This document shows positions 29,841 to 37,926 of a stretch of 58,325 bases of DNA, piece after piece. The stretch is from IMG/VR virus record IMGVR_UViG_3300021289_000002, positions 1 through 58,325 of that record. One strand, given 5' to 3'. Position numbers and translations under genes: made by a program. A model generated the notes under the pieces. That model did not search any database. It saw nothing but the letters and a program-made list of their open reading frames with translations, and was not told where the DNA came from. This stretch comes from a virus (Duplodnaviria; Caudoviricetes). How positions within the stretch are numbered: position 1 is the stretch's first letter; each line of letters starts with the position of its first letter.

Positions 29841-29866
29841 CAAGGCCGGCTGATTCGGCGAATAGT
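29837..29866 (+). promoter_or_regulatory. Putative promoter for major capsid gene
   Basis: TTGACA (29837-42), 18 bp, AATAGT (29861-66). Confidence 0.5.
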
Positions 29867-29934
29867 CCCCATAGTTCTTAGTGTAACCGGGAGTCACTAC
29901 CCGGATCGGATTGGTCCGCGCGTGTTCATCCGAG

Positions 29935-30036
29935 CGTAAATTGGCGTTAGAGGAAATCGCCATCCCCAAGCTAAGTCTCTGTGCTGGCAATGTGCCCGCC
30001 TGGAGCAAACTAACTCTAACGCTGTGAAAATTTACG
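29935..30036 (+). promoter_or_regulatory. Structured 5' leader of major capsid gene
   Basis: Nested inverted repeats CGTAAATT/AATTTACG (29935-42/30029-36) and GCGTTAGAG/CTCTAACGC (29944-52/30014-22), ending 3 nt before the ATG. Confidence 0.55.
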
Positions 30037-30039
30037 TTT

Positions 30040-31683
30040 ATGGGCCGCATCGTTTCCTGTTCCGCTTTCACTCAATTTCTTGTCAATCAAGAGCCAGTTT
30101 TCGATAAGTACATCATCAAGGATATCCGTCCGGAGGACAGTTGGCTCGCCCACGTCACCGGCGGCACCTGGGAGGCTTGGTCTGGTACGCAGCACACGCG
30201 CGACCGATTCAACGCCGTCTTCCCGAACACTACCAAGGTTTGGACGCCCACAACCGCGGTGGGCTGCCTCGGGACCCCTTGCGATAAGAACGAGCATCAA
30301 ATCGGCTGGGGCTCGACGCGCATTACCGAATTCCTCGAAGAGCAATCCTGGCAGACGCCGCTTTTGTGCTTCGACCAAATGATGCACGTGACCCACGCCA
30401 AGGAGCAGTTCGCTTACATCATCAGCGACATTCTGCGCCCGGTGGTCAACTGGGTCCAGGGCTCGTTCATCCGCAAACGCGGAGCTCAGTACGTGGACAA
30501 CAAATTTGTGGCCAACCGCAACTTCGGATCGAGCGCCAGCAACTTCGTGTTCAACTGGGTCACCGTGGGCGACGAAGAGCGCTATATCGATACCAACACC
30601 CCGCCGACCAGCGTGTTCAAGCTCACCCCGCAAATGCTGCAACGCATGGTCGAGCCACTAATGCGGCTGGGGTACCTCGGCAAAAATCCGTTCAAGGACA
30701 AGACCCCGCCCATGCTCGAGCTGGTGACCGACACGCAAACCACCTGGGAATTGGATCGCCTCGGCGGTGCAACCGGGTTTGGATCTGCGCCTGGATCGCC
30801 GACAGTCAGCGGCAATTGGCGGTTCCTCGAGTGGGAAGCGGCCAACAAGTATTGGGCCTACGGTTTCAACGGCCAGATTGGCAACTATGCCGTGCGGACC
30901 GATCCTTTCGGCCTGCGGTTCAATTACGTTGGCATCGTCAACGGGCTGTACCGGTACCAAGTGGTGTTGCCGTATAAGAACATCGCGAGCAGCGGCGCCG
31001 GCAGCCAGCCGGGGCTTAAGTCGGTCAACAACCCCGACTTCGACAGCGCTCAATTCGCGTTCAGCTACATTTGGCACGCGCGGATCATGCAACTCCTGAC
31101 GGCTCAATCCGAGCAGGTCAATCCCGAGATGCCGTTTGCGCGCCGCAATTGGGCCGGCAAGTGGCAATTCGTCATGGACAACCTCGGCGCGGACGTCAAC
31201 GGCTGCGTGATCGAGAACAAGCGCCGCAATAAGGGGCAGTTCATTAACGACTTCAAGCAGGCCATCGCGCCCGACCACACTGAGTTTGGCGTGCTGATCT
31301 TCCACAAGCGCGAACCTTCGTGCATCTACGAGATCAACACCTGCAACAACGATCCGGGTTATCCTACTCAGGATTACAACTCGGCGCCGTCCGCTTGCGC
31401 TGACGACCACTCGGGCACTAGTCCGGACCCGGTTAACACGGTCAACACCTTCACGCCGGTTAAAGAGTCGAGCACGGGCACGTATGAAGTGCCGGCCAAC
31501 TCGGCAACTTGCGAGGGTGGTCCGCTCAGCCACGCGGCGATCACTGGATCGACCACGCTGGCCGCGCTGGTGGTTCAACTGAACCAGTACCTCGGCTTTG
31601 CCGGTACCTGGGCAGTGGCCAGCGGCACAACGATCACGCTGACTGGCAGCTGTGTCAGCTTCGGTTTGCCGTTCGCGCAATAA
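30040..31683 (+). CDS. Major capsid protein with C-terminal Ser/Thr-rich extension
   Basis: Follows scaffold and a long leader; strong C-ending codon bias; followed by hairpins. Confidence 0.7.
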   Translation: MGRIVSCSAFTQFLVNQEPVFDKYIIKDIRPEDSWLAHVTGGTWEAWSGTQHTRDRFNAVFPNTTKVWTPTTAVGCLGTPCDKNEHQIGWGSTRITEFLEEQSWQTPLLCFDQMMHVTHAKEQFAYIISDILRPVVNWVQGSFIRKRGAQYVDNKFVANRNFGSSASNFVFNWVTVGDEERYIDTNTPPTSVFKLTPQMLQRMVEPLMRLGYLGKNPFKDKTPPMLELVTDTQTTWELDRLGGATGFGSAPGSPTVSGNWRFLEWEAANKYWAYGFNGQIGNYAVRTDPFGLRFNYVGIVNGLYRYQVVLPYKNIASSGAGSQPGLKSVNNPDFDSAQFAFSYIWHARIMQLLTAQSEQVNPEMPFARRNWAGKWQFVMDNLGADVNGCVIENKRRNKGQFINDFKQAIAPDHTEFGVLIFHKREPSCIYEINTCNNDPGYPTQDYNSAPSACADDHSGTSPDPVNTVNTFTPVKESSTGTYEVPANSATCEGGPLSHAAITGSTTLAALVVQLNQYLGFAGTWAVASGTTITLTGSCVSFGLPFAQ

Positions 31684-31698
31684 AGTATCTCGCCAAAG

Positions 31699-31788
31699 CC
31701 GGGTATGAGCTTCACTCTCATACCCGGTTACCTGGCGCTGTTAGGGGCACGGGCCGCGGCGGTAAGTCTGGTCATAGCTGCCGCGGCC
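31699..31788 (+). terminator. Two stem-loops downstream of MCP (stabiliser/terminator)
   Basis: CCGGGTATGAG/CTCATACCCGG (31699-31727) and GGCCGCGGCGG/CTGCCGCGGCC (31752-31788); no clear U-tract. Confidence 0.5.
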
Positions 31789-31831
31789 TCCCCAAAATGA
31801 AACGAATAAAAGTTAACTTCACTCAAACCAT

Positions 31832-32113
31832 ATGGAAGGCGATCCCAATTATCCCGGCTCGGAAACGAGTGCCAACGGAAATTCAGAACCAGAAGGGAAG
31901 CCGCCTGGCGAGGGTGAGAAGACCGGGGAAACCTTCCTTATTCCCAAGTCAGCCTTGAAGGGGGATTACAAGGTTGGCGATACTTGCACGTTTAAGATCG
32001 TGCATGAGTATTCGGACGAACTTGAAGTTGAGGACAAAGGCGGCTCCAAGCCTGAGCCCGAGTCCATGGAATCGGCGCAGGGCGAACTCGACGACGTATC
32101 AATGCCGGCATGA
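31832..32113 (+). CDS. Small acidic protein
   Basis: Acidic, with small beta core (YKVGDTCTFKIV); coupled to next gene. Confidence 0.65.
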   Translation: MEGDPNYPGSETSANGNSEPEGKPPGEGEKTGETFLIPKSALKGDYKVGDTCTFKIVHEYSDELEVEDKGGSKPEPESMESAQGELDDVSMPA

Positions 32114-32352
32114 ACGCGACAACGGTCCAATCTCTAATGACGGCTGGCGCCTGCTATCAGTGCTACGGACCACTGACGACGTTTGAGCTTTTGCAAATCA
32201 CGTTGCTGGCTCAAATCAGCCTGGACAAAAACCCGGCTAACGACGTGAGCCCCGCAGGGCTTATGTCCCAAGCCTCTTGCCTAAGTTGCGGGCTGGGTGG
32301 GTCCACGGGTCAACTGATGATCCTGGCGCTGCTGACGCAGATCGCCTCTTGA
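32110..32352 (+). CDS. Small two-repeat structural protein (CxxC...LLxQI, twice)
   Basis: QSLMTAGACYQC..LLAQIS and AGLMSQASCLSC..LLTQIA. Confidence 0.6.
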   Translation: MNATTVQSLMTAGACYQCYGPLTTFELLQITLLAQISLDKNPANDVSPAGLMSQASCLSCGLGGSTGQLMILALLTQIAS

Positions 32353-32353
32353 A

Positions 32354-34792
32354 ATGTCGATCCCAATTCAAGCTTTGCTCGATGAAAGCGCCGGCTACCT
32401 AGGCGCTGGACTCAGCCAATCCCAAGCCCTACAAGTTGCCCTGCTGGCGCGGATTGTGGCTAACGGCGGAGTATCGCAGCCAGCCGCAAAATACGTGGTC
32501 ACCTCCGCGAGCTACGCGCCCACGGTGGGAATTCCGGTGGCAATATCGGCACAATTGGCCAGCGCCAACGGCACGGCGGTCAAAACTCCCGGCCTGGTAG
32601 TGACATGGAGTAAGACTGGAGCCGGCGGATCTTTCAGCGCGCCGACCAGCGTTACGGATGCAAACGGGATTGCGACCGTCAATTTCACGCCCAGCAATAC
32701 CGCCGGCGTGGTCTATGCCATCACGGCGACCGATACGAACGCGATGACTGGCACATCGGCCAACATCACGAGTGTTGCGGGCGCGGCCACGGCCTACGTG
32801 GTTACGTCCAACAATTATTCTCCAGCGGCCGGGGCCACCGTTGCCGCCTCCGCTCAACTGGTCGATGCCCATGGAAACAGCGTTAGCACTGCTGGCATTA
32901 CCGTTACATGGAGCAAGACCGGAGCAGGGGGAAGCTTTTCCGCGCCCACGAGCAACACAAACGGCAGCGGAGTGGCCACGGTCAATTTCACGTGCGGAAC
33001 AGTTGCCGGCGTGGTTTATGTGCTGACTGGTACGGACGGCAGCGCGCGGACTGGCTCGAGCTCCAACGTAACAGTTGGCCCGGAAGCAGCCGCCAAATAC
33101 ATCGTTACTTCTAGCGACTACGGCCCGGTTGCTGGTTCGAACATCACGATCACCGCGCAGCTAACCGACATTTACGATAATGCGGTAAGCACGGCAGGGC
33201 TCACAGTTACTTGGACCAAAACCATAACTGGAGGATCTTTTGCTTCGCCAACCAGCAACACAAATGGAAGTGGCGTTGCTACGATCGTTTTCACAACTCC
33301 GACTACGGCAGGCTTTGGTGGGCTGATCACCGGCACTGACGGCGGCGGGTTAACGGGTCACACGAGCAGTATCGAAACGGTTGCCGGCCCAGCCACAAAG
33401 TATTTGGTGACTTCGAGCAGCTATGCCCCTGTTGCCGGCGCTGATGTCACAATCACCGCGCAACTGTCCGATGCCAACAATAATGCAGTAGCAACCTCCG
33501 GTCTCACGGTGACTTGGAGTAAGACTGGCGCGGGCGGATCGTTTGGATCGCCAACCTCCAATACCAATGGCAGCGGTATCGCCACGGTCACATTTACGAC
33601 GGGCACAACTGCTGGAGTTGCCTATGTGGTGACTGGCACGGATGGCGGCGGATTGACGGGAAGCACAACGGCTATAACCAGCGTGGCCGGCGCAGCGGCC
33701 AAATACCTGGTTACCTCGAGCACGTACGCCCCAATAGCTGGCCAGGGCGTTACCATTTCAGCGCAATTGGCCGATGCCAATAACAACGCAGTGAGCACTT
33801 CGGGCCTGACCGTGACCTGGAGCAAAACGGGTACTGGTGGATCTTTCGCTTCGGGTACCAGCAACACAAACGGCAGTGGGATTGCGCAGGTAGTTTTCAC
33901 GACCAGCGTTACACCGACAACCTACACGGTGACAGGAACGGACGCAGGCGCCCTGACCGGCACAAGCTCAAACATCGTTTCGGCTTATAGCTCGATGGTA
34001 GATGACTGGGCCGCTCGGGTAATTACTAACGGCGGCGCTGCGGTATCGGCAGGAACCAAGGACGCGGTCAACAAGTTTTACCTGGGGATGGTGACCGATG
34101 GGCTCGACGCTTTGATGATCGCGGATCTGCACGTTGTGCCTGACAACCTCACGGCAGCACGAACACCGTTCTTCAAAAATGCCGGCAGTGACCCTTGGAC
34201 CAATCACAATTTTGTGGCCGGGGATCTGACGGTCAACGGCCTCGTGGGCAACGGCAGTAGCAAGTATCTCGAGACCGGGGTAAATCCAACCAGCGTTTAC
34301 GCTTCGGACAATGACGGCGGGTACACCTATTACGAATCAGCCCTTTCGGTGAGTCTGCAAAGCATGCGGCTATTGGCGGTCGATAATGTCAGCGCTCCGA
34401 ACCGGTACGATGGGCTGGACGCGCGCGCCGGCGGCGGCACTACGCTTGAAGGGGCGATCAATGCTGCCTGGACCAGCTCCTACACGCTCACCTCTGACTA
34501 TGCGAGCTTCTGCTCTGTGAACCGGACGGCTTCGAATGCCGTGGGTCTGTATCAAGCCAACTCTTCGATCGGGTTCAATACTCGAAACACTAGCAGCGCC
34601 GCGGCGGGCACGCGGGTCAATTTCCAACTGTTTGCTTTTGTCTGGAACCTGAACAACGGGACACCTTTATTTTACAGCGCAGGCCGCGCCTCATACTTTG
34701 GTATCCACAAAGGCATGAACGCAACCCAGGCGCAAAACTACTATAATCGCGTGCAACAATTGCGCGTCGATTTAGGGGGCGGCTATGCCTAA
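32354..34792 (+). CDS. Ig-like (Big-1/invasin-type) repeat fibre/decoration protein with putative lectin-like C-terminal domain
   Basis: Five 101-aa repeats (ISAQL.D..GN.V...G.TVTW......TNGSGIATV.F); C-terminal beta-rich domain. Confidence 0.8.
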   Translation: MSIPIQALLDESAGYLGAGLSQSQALQVALLARIVANGGVSQPAAKYVVTSASYAPTVGIPVAISAQLASANGTAVKTPGLVVTWSKTGAGGSFSAPTSVTDANGIATVNFTPSNTAGVVYAITATDTNAMTGTSANITSVAGAATAYVVTSNNYSPAAGATVAASAQLVDAHGNSVSTAGITVTWSKTGAGGSFSAPTSNTNGSGVATVNFTCGTVAGVVYVLTGTDGSARTGSSSNVTVGPEAAAKYIVTSSDYGPVAGSNITITAQLTDIYDNAVSTAGLTVTWTKTITGGSFASPTSNTNGSGVATIVFTTPTTAGFGGLITGTDGGGLTGHTSSIETVAGPATKYLVTSSSYAPVAGADVTITAQLSDANNNAVATSGLTVTWSKTGAGGSFGSPTSNTNGSGIATVTFTTGTTAGVAYVVTGTDGGGLTGSTTAITSVAGAAAKYLVTSSTYAPIAGQGVTISAQLADANNNAVSTSGLTVTWSKTGTGGSFASGTSNTNGSGIAQVVFTTSVTPTTYTVTGTDAGALTGTSSNIVSAYSSMVDDWAARVITNGGAAVSAGTKDAVNKFYLGMVTDGLDALMIADLHVVPDNLTAARTPFFKNAGSDPWTNHNFVAGDLTVNGLVGNGSSKYLETGVNPTSVYASDNDGGYTYYESALSVSLQSMRLLAVDNVSAPNRYDGLDARAGGGTTLEGAINAAWTSSYTLTSDYASFCSVNRTASNAVGLYQANSSIGFNTRNTSSAAAGTRVNFQLFAFVWNLNNGTPLFYSAGRASYFGIHKGMNATQAQNYYNRVQQLRVDLGGGYA
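32483..33990 (+). repeat. Five tandem 303-bp coding repeats
   Basis: Units start at 32483, 32786, 33089, 33392 and 33695 (exact 303-bp period). Confidence 0.9.
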
Positions 34793-35228
34793 TTGTATGA
34801 AAGAATGCGAAGACAAATTGGCTGAGGTCCGCGCCGCGCTGGCAACGGCCATGCGTTTGCTGACACCTCCGACTCGCGTGCTCATCGTGGAGGATGACGA
34901 TCACGACTGGTTTCATTTGGAAAAGCAGCTTGTCAAGTTCCGGTGTGTGTACACTCGCCGCGTCGATGGCGAACAGGCCGTTGAGGAAATCAAAACCGGT
35001 CAATACGACATAATTTTGCTCGATCAGAAAGTGCCCAAGCTCACCGGCAATGAGATTCTGCGGGCAACTGCCGGCTTTCGCGATAATTGCAAGGTGTTCA
35101 TGGTCACCGGCTATCCGGGATCGCCGCAAATTTCGAAGGCGCTCGAGGAAGGCGCAGTTTTGACCTTGCCTAAACCGATTACCATCGAACAACTGAGCGT
35201 GTTCCTAATGCCCTATGCAACAGAATGA
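34785..35228 (+). CDS. Stand-alone response-regulator receiver (CheY-like) domain protein
   Basis: RVLIVEDD, YDIILLD (phospho-acceptor), MVTG and KP all present. Confidence 0.88.
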   Translation: MPNCMKECEDKLAEVRAALATAMRLLTPPTRVLIVEDDDHDWFHLEKQLVKFRCVYTRRVDGEQAVEEIKTGQYDIILLDQKVPKLTGNEILRATAGFRDNCKVFMVTGYPGSPQISKALEEGAVLTLPKPITIEQLSVFLMPYATE

Positions 35229-35535
35229 ATCTGGCGAACGCAGACACGTACGACGACGCGAAGACCTGGCAGGCCGGGTTAGCGATCTCGAAATGGTTCT
35301 CGGGGGCGATATGGTAAGCGAAACCAAAGGCATCGTGCAGATCGTGAAGGATCTTGCGCAGGACATGTATGGCCCCAAAGGGTTAAGCCCGCGCGTGGCT
35401 AACTTGGAAGAATTCAAGCTGCGCGGTGAGGAACGGGCCAAAGGCGCTATTTGGGCCACACGCATCTTTTGGGGCATTCTTTCCACCTCGTTTGGCGCGG
35501 CGATTGGCTTTGCGCTCAAGACCTGGATTAAATGA
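35215..35535 (+). CDS. Holin/antiholin-like protein (coiled coil plus C-terminal TM)
   Basis: RV..LE repeats followed by a single hydrophobic C-terminal helix. Confidence 0.5.
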   Translation: MQQNESGERRHVRRREDLAGRVSDLEMVLGGDMVSETKGIVQIVKDLAQDMYGPKGLSPRVANLEEFKLRGEERAKGAIWATRIFWGILSTSFGAAIGFALKTWIK

Positions 35536-35795
35536 GGCGACGGCGCTCCTGGAAGACTTCCCTTGGTGGCGGCATTACCGCCGCCGGCTCAATCCTGATT
35601 GGCATTCCGCTCGCCTCGGGCATTGCTGGCGCGTCCATTCCCTCGCATGTTTTGGCCAAGGTAGTGCTGGCCGGCTTTCTTTTGCAGGCAGTAGGCGCCA
35701 TCGTCAACGGATTCTATGGGCGGGACAATAACCGGACGTCGGAGGACGTCGGCGCCGGCGCTCCGCCAGCCAAACCAACTCCCCCAACATGTTGA
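35532..35795 (+). CDS. Putative holin (2 TM)
   Basis: SWKTSLGG start, two hydrophobic helices, GRDNNRTSEDVGA tail. Confidence 0.6.
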   Translation: MRRRRSWKTSLGGGITAAGSILIGIPLASGIAGASIPSHVLAKVVLAGFLLQAVGAIVNGFYGRDNNRTSEDVGAGAPPAKPTPPTC

Positions 35796-35866
35796 AATTT
35801 GCCATTGGCCTTGTGCTCGGTTTAATCGTTGGCTGGTTTGCTCGCAAGTTTCGTGATAGCCTTTAG
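35789..35866 (+). CDS. Putative 25-aa single-TM peptide
   Basis: MLKFAIGLVLGLIVGWFARKFRDSL*, fills gap between holin and next gene. Confidence 0.5.
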   Translation: MLKFAIGLVLGLIVGWFARKFRDSL

Positions 35867-35869
35867 GGC

Positions 35870-36520
35870 ATGCGAACAACTATGACCATAGGGGTCGCTC
35901 TGCTCGCCCTGGCAGCCAGCGCCCAAAACTTTGCCACTTCTAACATTGTCCGCGTGGACACCCCCGTTAAGCACGTGGACGCGATGAGCCCGCCGATCTG
36001 CGTAATGGACGGTCTCAAAATGCGGCCGGCTCGGACCAACTTCGATTTGGCGATTGCGGCCCTCGGTGGTTACACCCGCAGCAACTCGATTGTTTACACG
36101 TGCTCGGAGTGCAAGATTGCGATCACCAATTACGCTACAGCCTGGGTGAGCGAAGCGCAGGCCAGCGATCTGGTCCGCTTCCGGACGTTGCGCTTGCCGG
36201 TACCGGAATGGCCACCTTACCCGGTCTGGCCGGACCATACCAACGCGCCGATCGTACTGATCCCGATGCTCACGCTATTGTCTGCCGGCGGAGTGGCGAC
36301 CAACTTAACGCCAACTGATTTTGGGCTGATCGTGACTCAATGCGTCACGGGCATACAATTTCAGTGGCAGAGCGAGACGGGCAAAGTTTACACGGTTGAA
36401 AGCTCGACCAACTTTCTGAACTGGCAGCCAGTGACCAAACTCACGGGCTGGGGCGGCATGCTCGGCTACTCGGATTATGGCCCGGGCCAAAAGTGGTTTC
36501 GTGTTAGTGTTCCCCAGTGA
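35870..36520 (+). CDS. Secreted protein with Verrucomicrobia-type C-terminal domain
   Basis: Signal peptide (VALLALAASA|Q); C-terminal W.SETGKVYTVESSTNFLNW...KWFRV. Confidence 0.65.
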   Translation: MRTTMTIGVALLALAASAQNFATSNIVRVDTPVKHVDAMSPPICVMDGLKMRPARTNFDLAIAALGGYTRSNSIVYTCSECKIAITNYATAWVSEAQASDLVRFRTLRLPVPEWPPYPVWPDHTNAPIVLIPMLTLLSAGGVATNLTPTDFGLIVTQCVTGIQFQWQSETGKVYTVESSTNFLNWQPVTKLTGWGGMLGYSDYGPGQKWFRVSVPQ

Positions 36521-37023
36521 GTCTATTTATGAAAATCAAAAAAGCGCTCAATAAGGCTCTTAAAAAATTTGCCGCGGCTCTCACGGCAAAGTACAACAAC
36601 AAAAAGGTTCTGCTCTGGCTTTGCCTGGTCGGCGAGGTTAGTGACGAGCCAATCACGAAAGGTATCAGCATGGACATAACATTGAAGAAACCGATCAAGC
36701 CGGGATACAAACGCAGCCTGGAGCTTGTTCCGGATGAAGACATCGACCAGGGCGCAGACGGTAGTTTTGCGCGTACTGAAGTTGTCGAGGGCGACTCGAG
36801 CGCTCCACAAGTGCGCACGGAGAGCACGGCAAAGTCTCTCAAGCTGTGGATCATGGGCGATGGCTCACTTGGCAACAAAAAGGTGAAAGTCACCTCCGAT
36901 GCTCACGTTGGCCCCGATGAAGTCCCCTTGGCGGTCAACGTCAATTATGAGGTTGCGCACAAAGACGCGACCGAATTCAGCGGCGTCAACGAAGGCGATC
37001 CTTCCACTGACGAACCGATCTGA
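36517..37023 (+). CDS. Hypothetical beta-rich protein (alternative start 36670)
   Basis: GTGA overlap; internal AAAGG SD before ATG 36670. Confidence 0.55.
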   Translation: MSLFMKIKKALNKALKKFAAALTAKYNNKKVLLWLCLVGEVSDEPITKGISMDITLKKPIKPGYKRSLELVPDEDIDQGADGSFARTEVVEGDSSAPQVRTESTAKSLKLWIMGDGSLGNKKVKVTSDAHVGPDEVPLAVNVNYEVAHKDATEFSGVNEGDPSTDEPI

Positions 37024-37037
37024 TCTCTCCCTAGGTA

Positions 37038-37069
37038 CCCTGCGCCGGTTACGTTTGGCCGGCGCAGGG
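37038..37069. other. Intergenic stem-loop
   Basis: CCCTGCGCCGG/CCGGCGCAGGG perfect 11-bp stem, no U-tract. Confidence 0.5.
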
Positions 37070-37096
37070 AATTCCAAAACTCAAAAACTAATCTAA

Positions 37097-37369
37097 ATGA
37101 AATGTATCTTTGCAATTACTCTGCTGTGCCTGCTTGCAGCTTGCGCTACTACTCCGCCGCCGGCCGAACCGGTCAACTCAACCGCTTCCCCGGCTCTGGT
37201 TCAGGCAATGCAGGAAGCGCCTACGCCTCCCAAATTGCCATGCCCACGTTGTGCTACTCTGGTCGAGCGAGCTTCGGGCGTACCCAGCACGGCGGATGGT
37301 GACTGGTTAATTTTGAAGTGCCCAACGTGCAAATCGGACTTCTCAACTCGATTAAGAAAAGAAAAGTAA
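37097..37369 (+). CDS. Lipoprotein with C-terminal Zn-ribbon
   Basis: Lipobox LLAAC, Pro-rich linker, CPRC...CPTC. Confidence 0.65.
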   Translation: MKCIFAITLLCLLAACATTPPPAEPVNSTASPALVQAMQEAPTPPKLPCPRCATLVERASGVPSTADGDWLILKCPTCKSDFSTRLRKEK

Positions 37370-37926
37370 TCGAGGTTCTACGCCTGGAGCAAAACCGCAG
37401 GACGGCGGCGCGCGTTCTCGGGATCGCGCGCAACACCATTTGGGAGATGATCGACCGGTGGGACATTGGCGATCACGAGTGGAAGGAAAGTTTGAAATCG
37501 GAGTGGCGCCCTTTGGACCATTACTTGCCCGATTCAATCTGGTATCGGCTGCAGCTAGGCGGACACGGGCCACCGATCCCGGTGGAACGATTGGAGCAAC
37601 CTTTCAAGCGGCCAGCGCAACCGCAGCGGCCACCGATTGTTTTCCCAACCTACACGCAAAGCCGGAAGCGCGTGCGCCTGGCGGCCGCGGCCCTCGGGCT
37701 GCCGCCGATTATCGACGTGAACCGCATGAACCCGTTTCAGGTCCGGGACCTGCTAACCTGCGCGCATCTTTGCTTCCGGAAGTATGCGGTAACACATCAC
37801 CCGGACAAAGGCGGCGACCAGGAATCGTTCAAAGCCTTGAATTTGAGCTTTCAAACGATCAAGGATTACGCAGAGCATCGCGGAGTCAGTCTGGATTTGC
37901 CGAACGGCAGTGTTGCTACGCAGTGA
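37318..37926 (+). CDS. Fis-type HTH plus J-domain fusion protein
   Basis: NRRTAARVLGIARNTIW (HTH_8) and FRKYAVTHHPDKGGDQESFKALN (J-domain HPD). Confidence 0.7.
   Translation: MPNVQIGLLNSIKKRKVIEVLRLEQNRRTAARVLGIARNTIWEMIDRWDIGDHEWKESLKSEWRPLDHYLPDSIWYRLQLGGHGPPIPVERLEQPFKRPAQPQRPPIVFPTYTQSRKRVRLAAAALGLPPIIDVNRMNPFQVRDLLTCAHLCFRKYAVTHHPDKGGDQESFKALNLSFQTIKDYAEHRGVSLDLPNGSVATQ

Noticed and set aside
28791-30071. 426-aa antisense ORF over the scaffold gene
   Set aside because: Antisense shadow of a codon-biased gene; no motifs, F/L/R-rich composition.
30658-31680. 340-aa antisense ORF over the MCP
   Set aside because: Typical stop-free reverse frame of a highly biased gene; no recognisable domain.
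31640-31700. T7-like programmed frameshift extending the capsid protein
   Set aside because: No convincing slippery heptamer before the stop; the alternative-frame ORF runs through hairpins and looks non-coding.
32483-33990. Regular repeats as a CRISPR array or DGR template/variable repeats
   Set aside because: Units are 303-bp in-frame coding domains with no spacers, differences are not adenine-specific, and no reverse transcriptase or cas gene is present.
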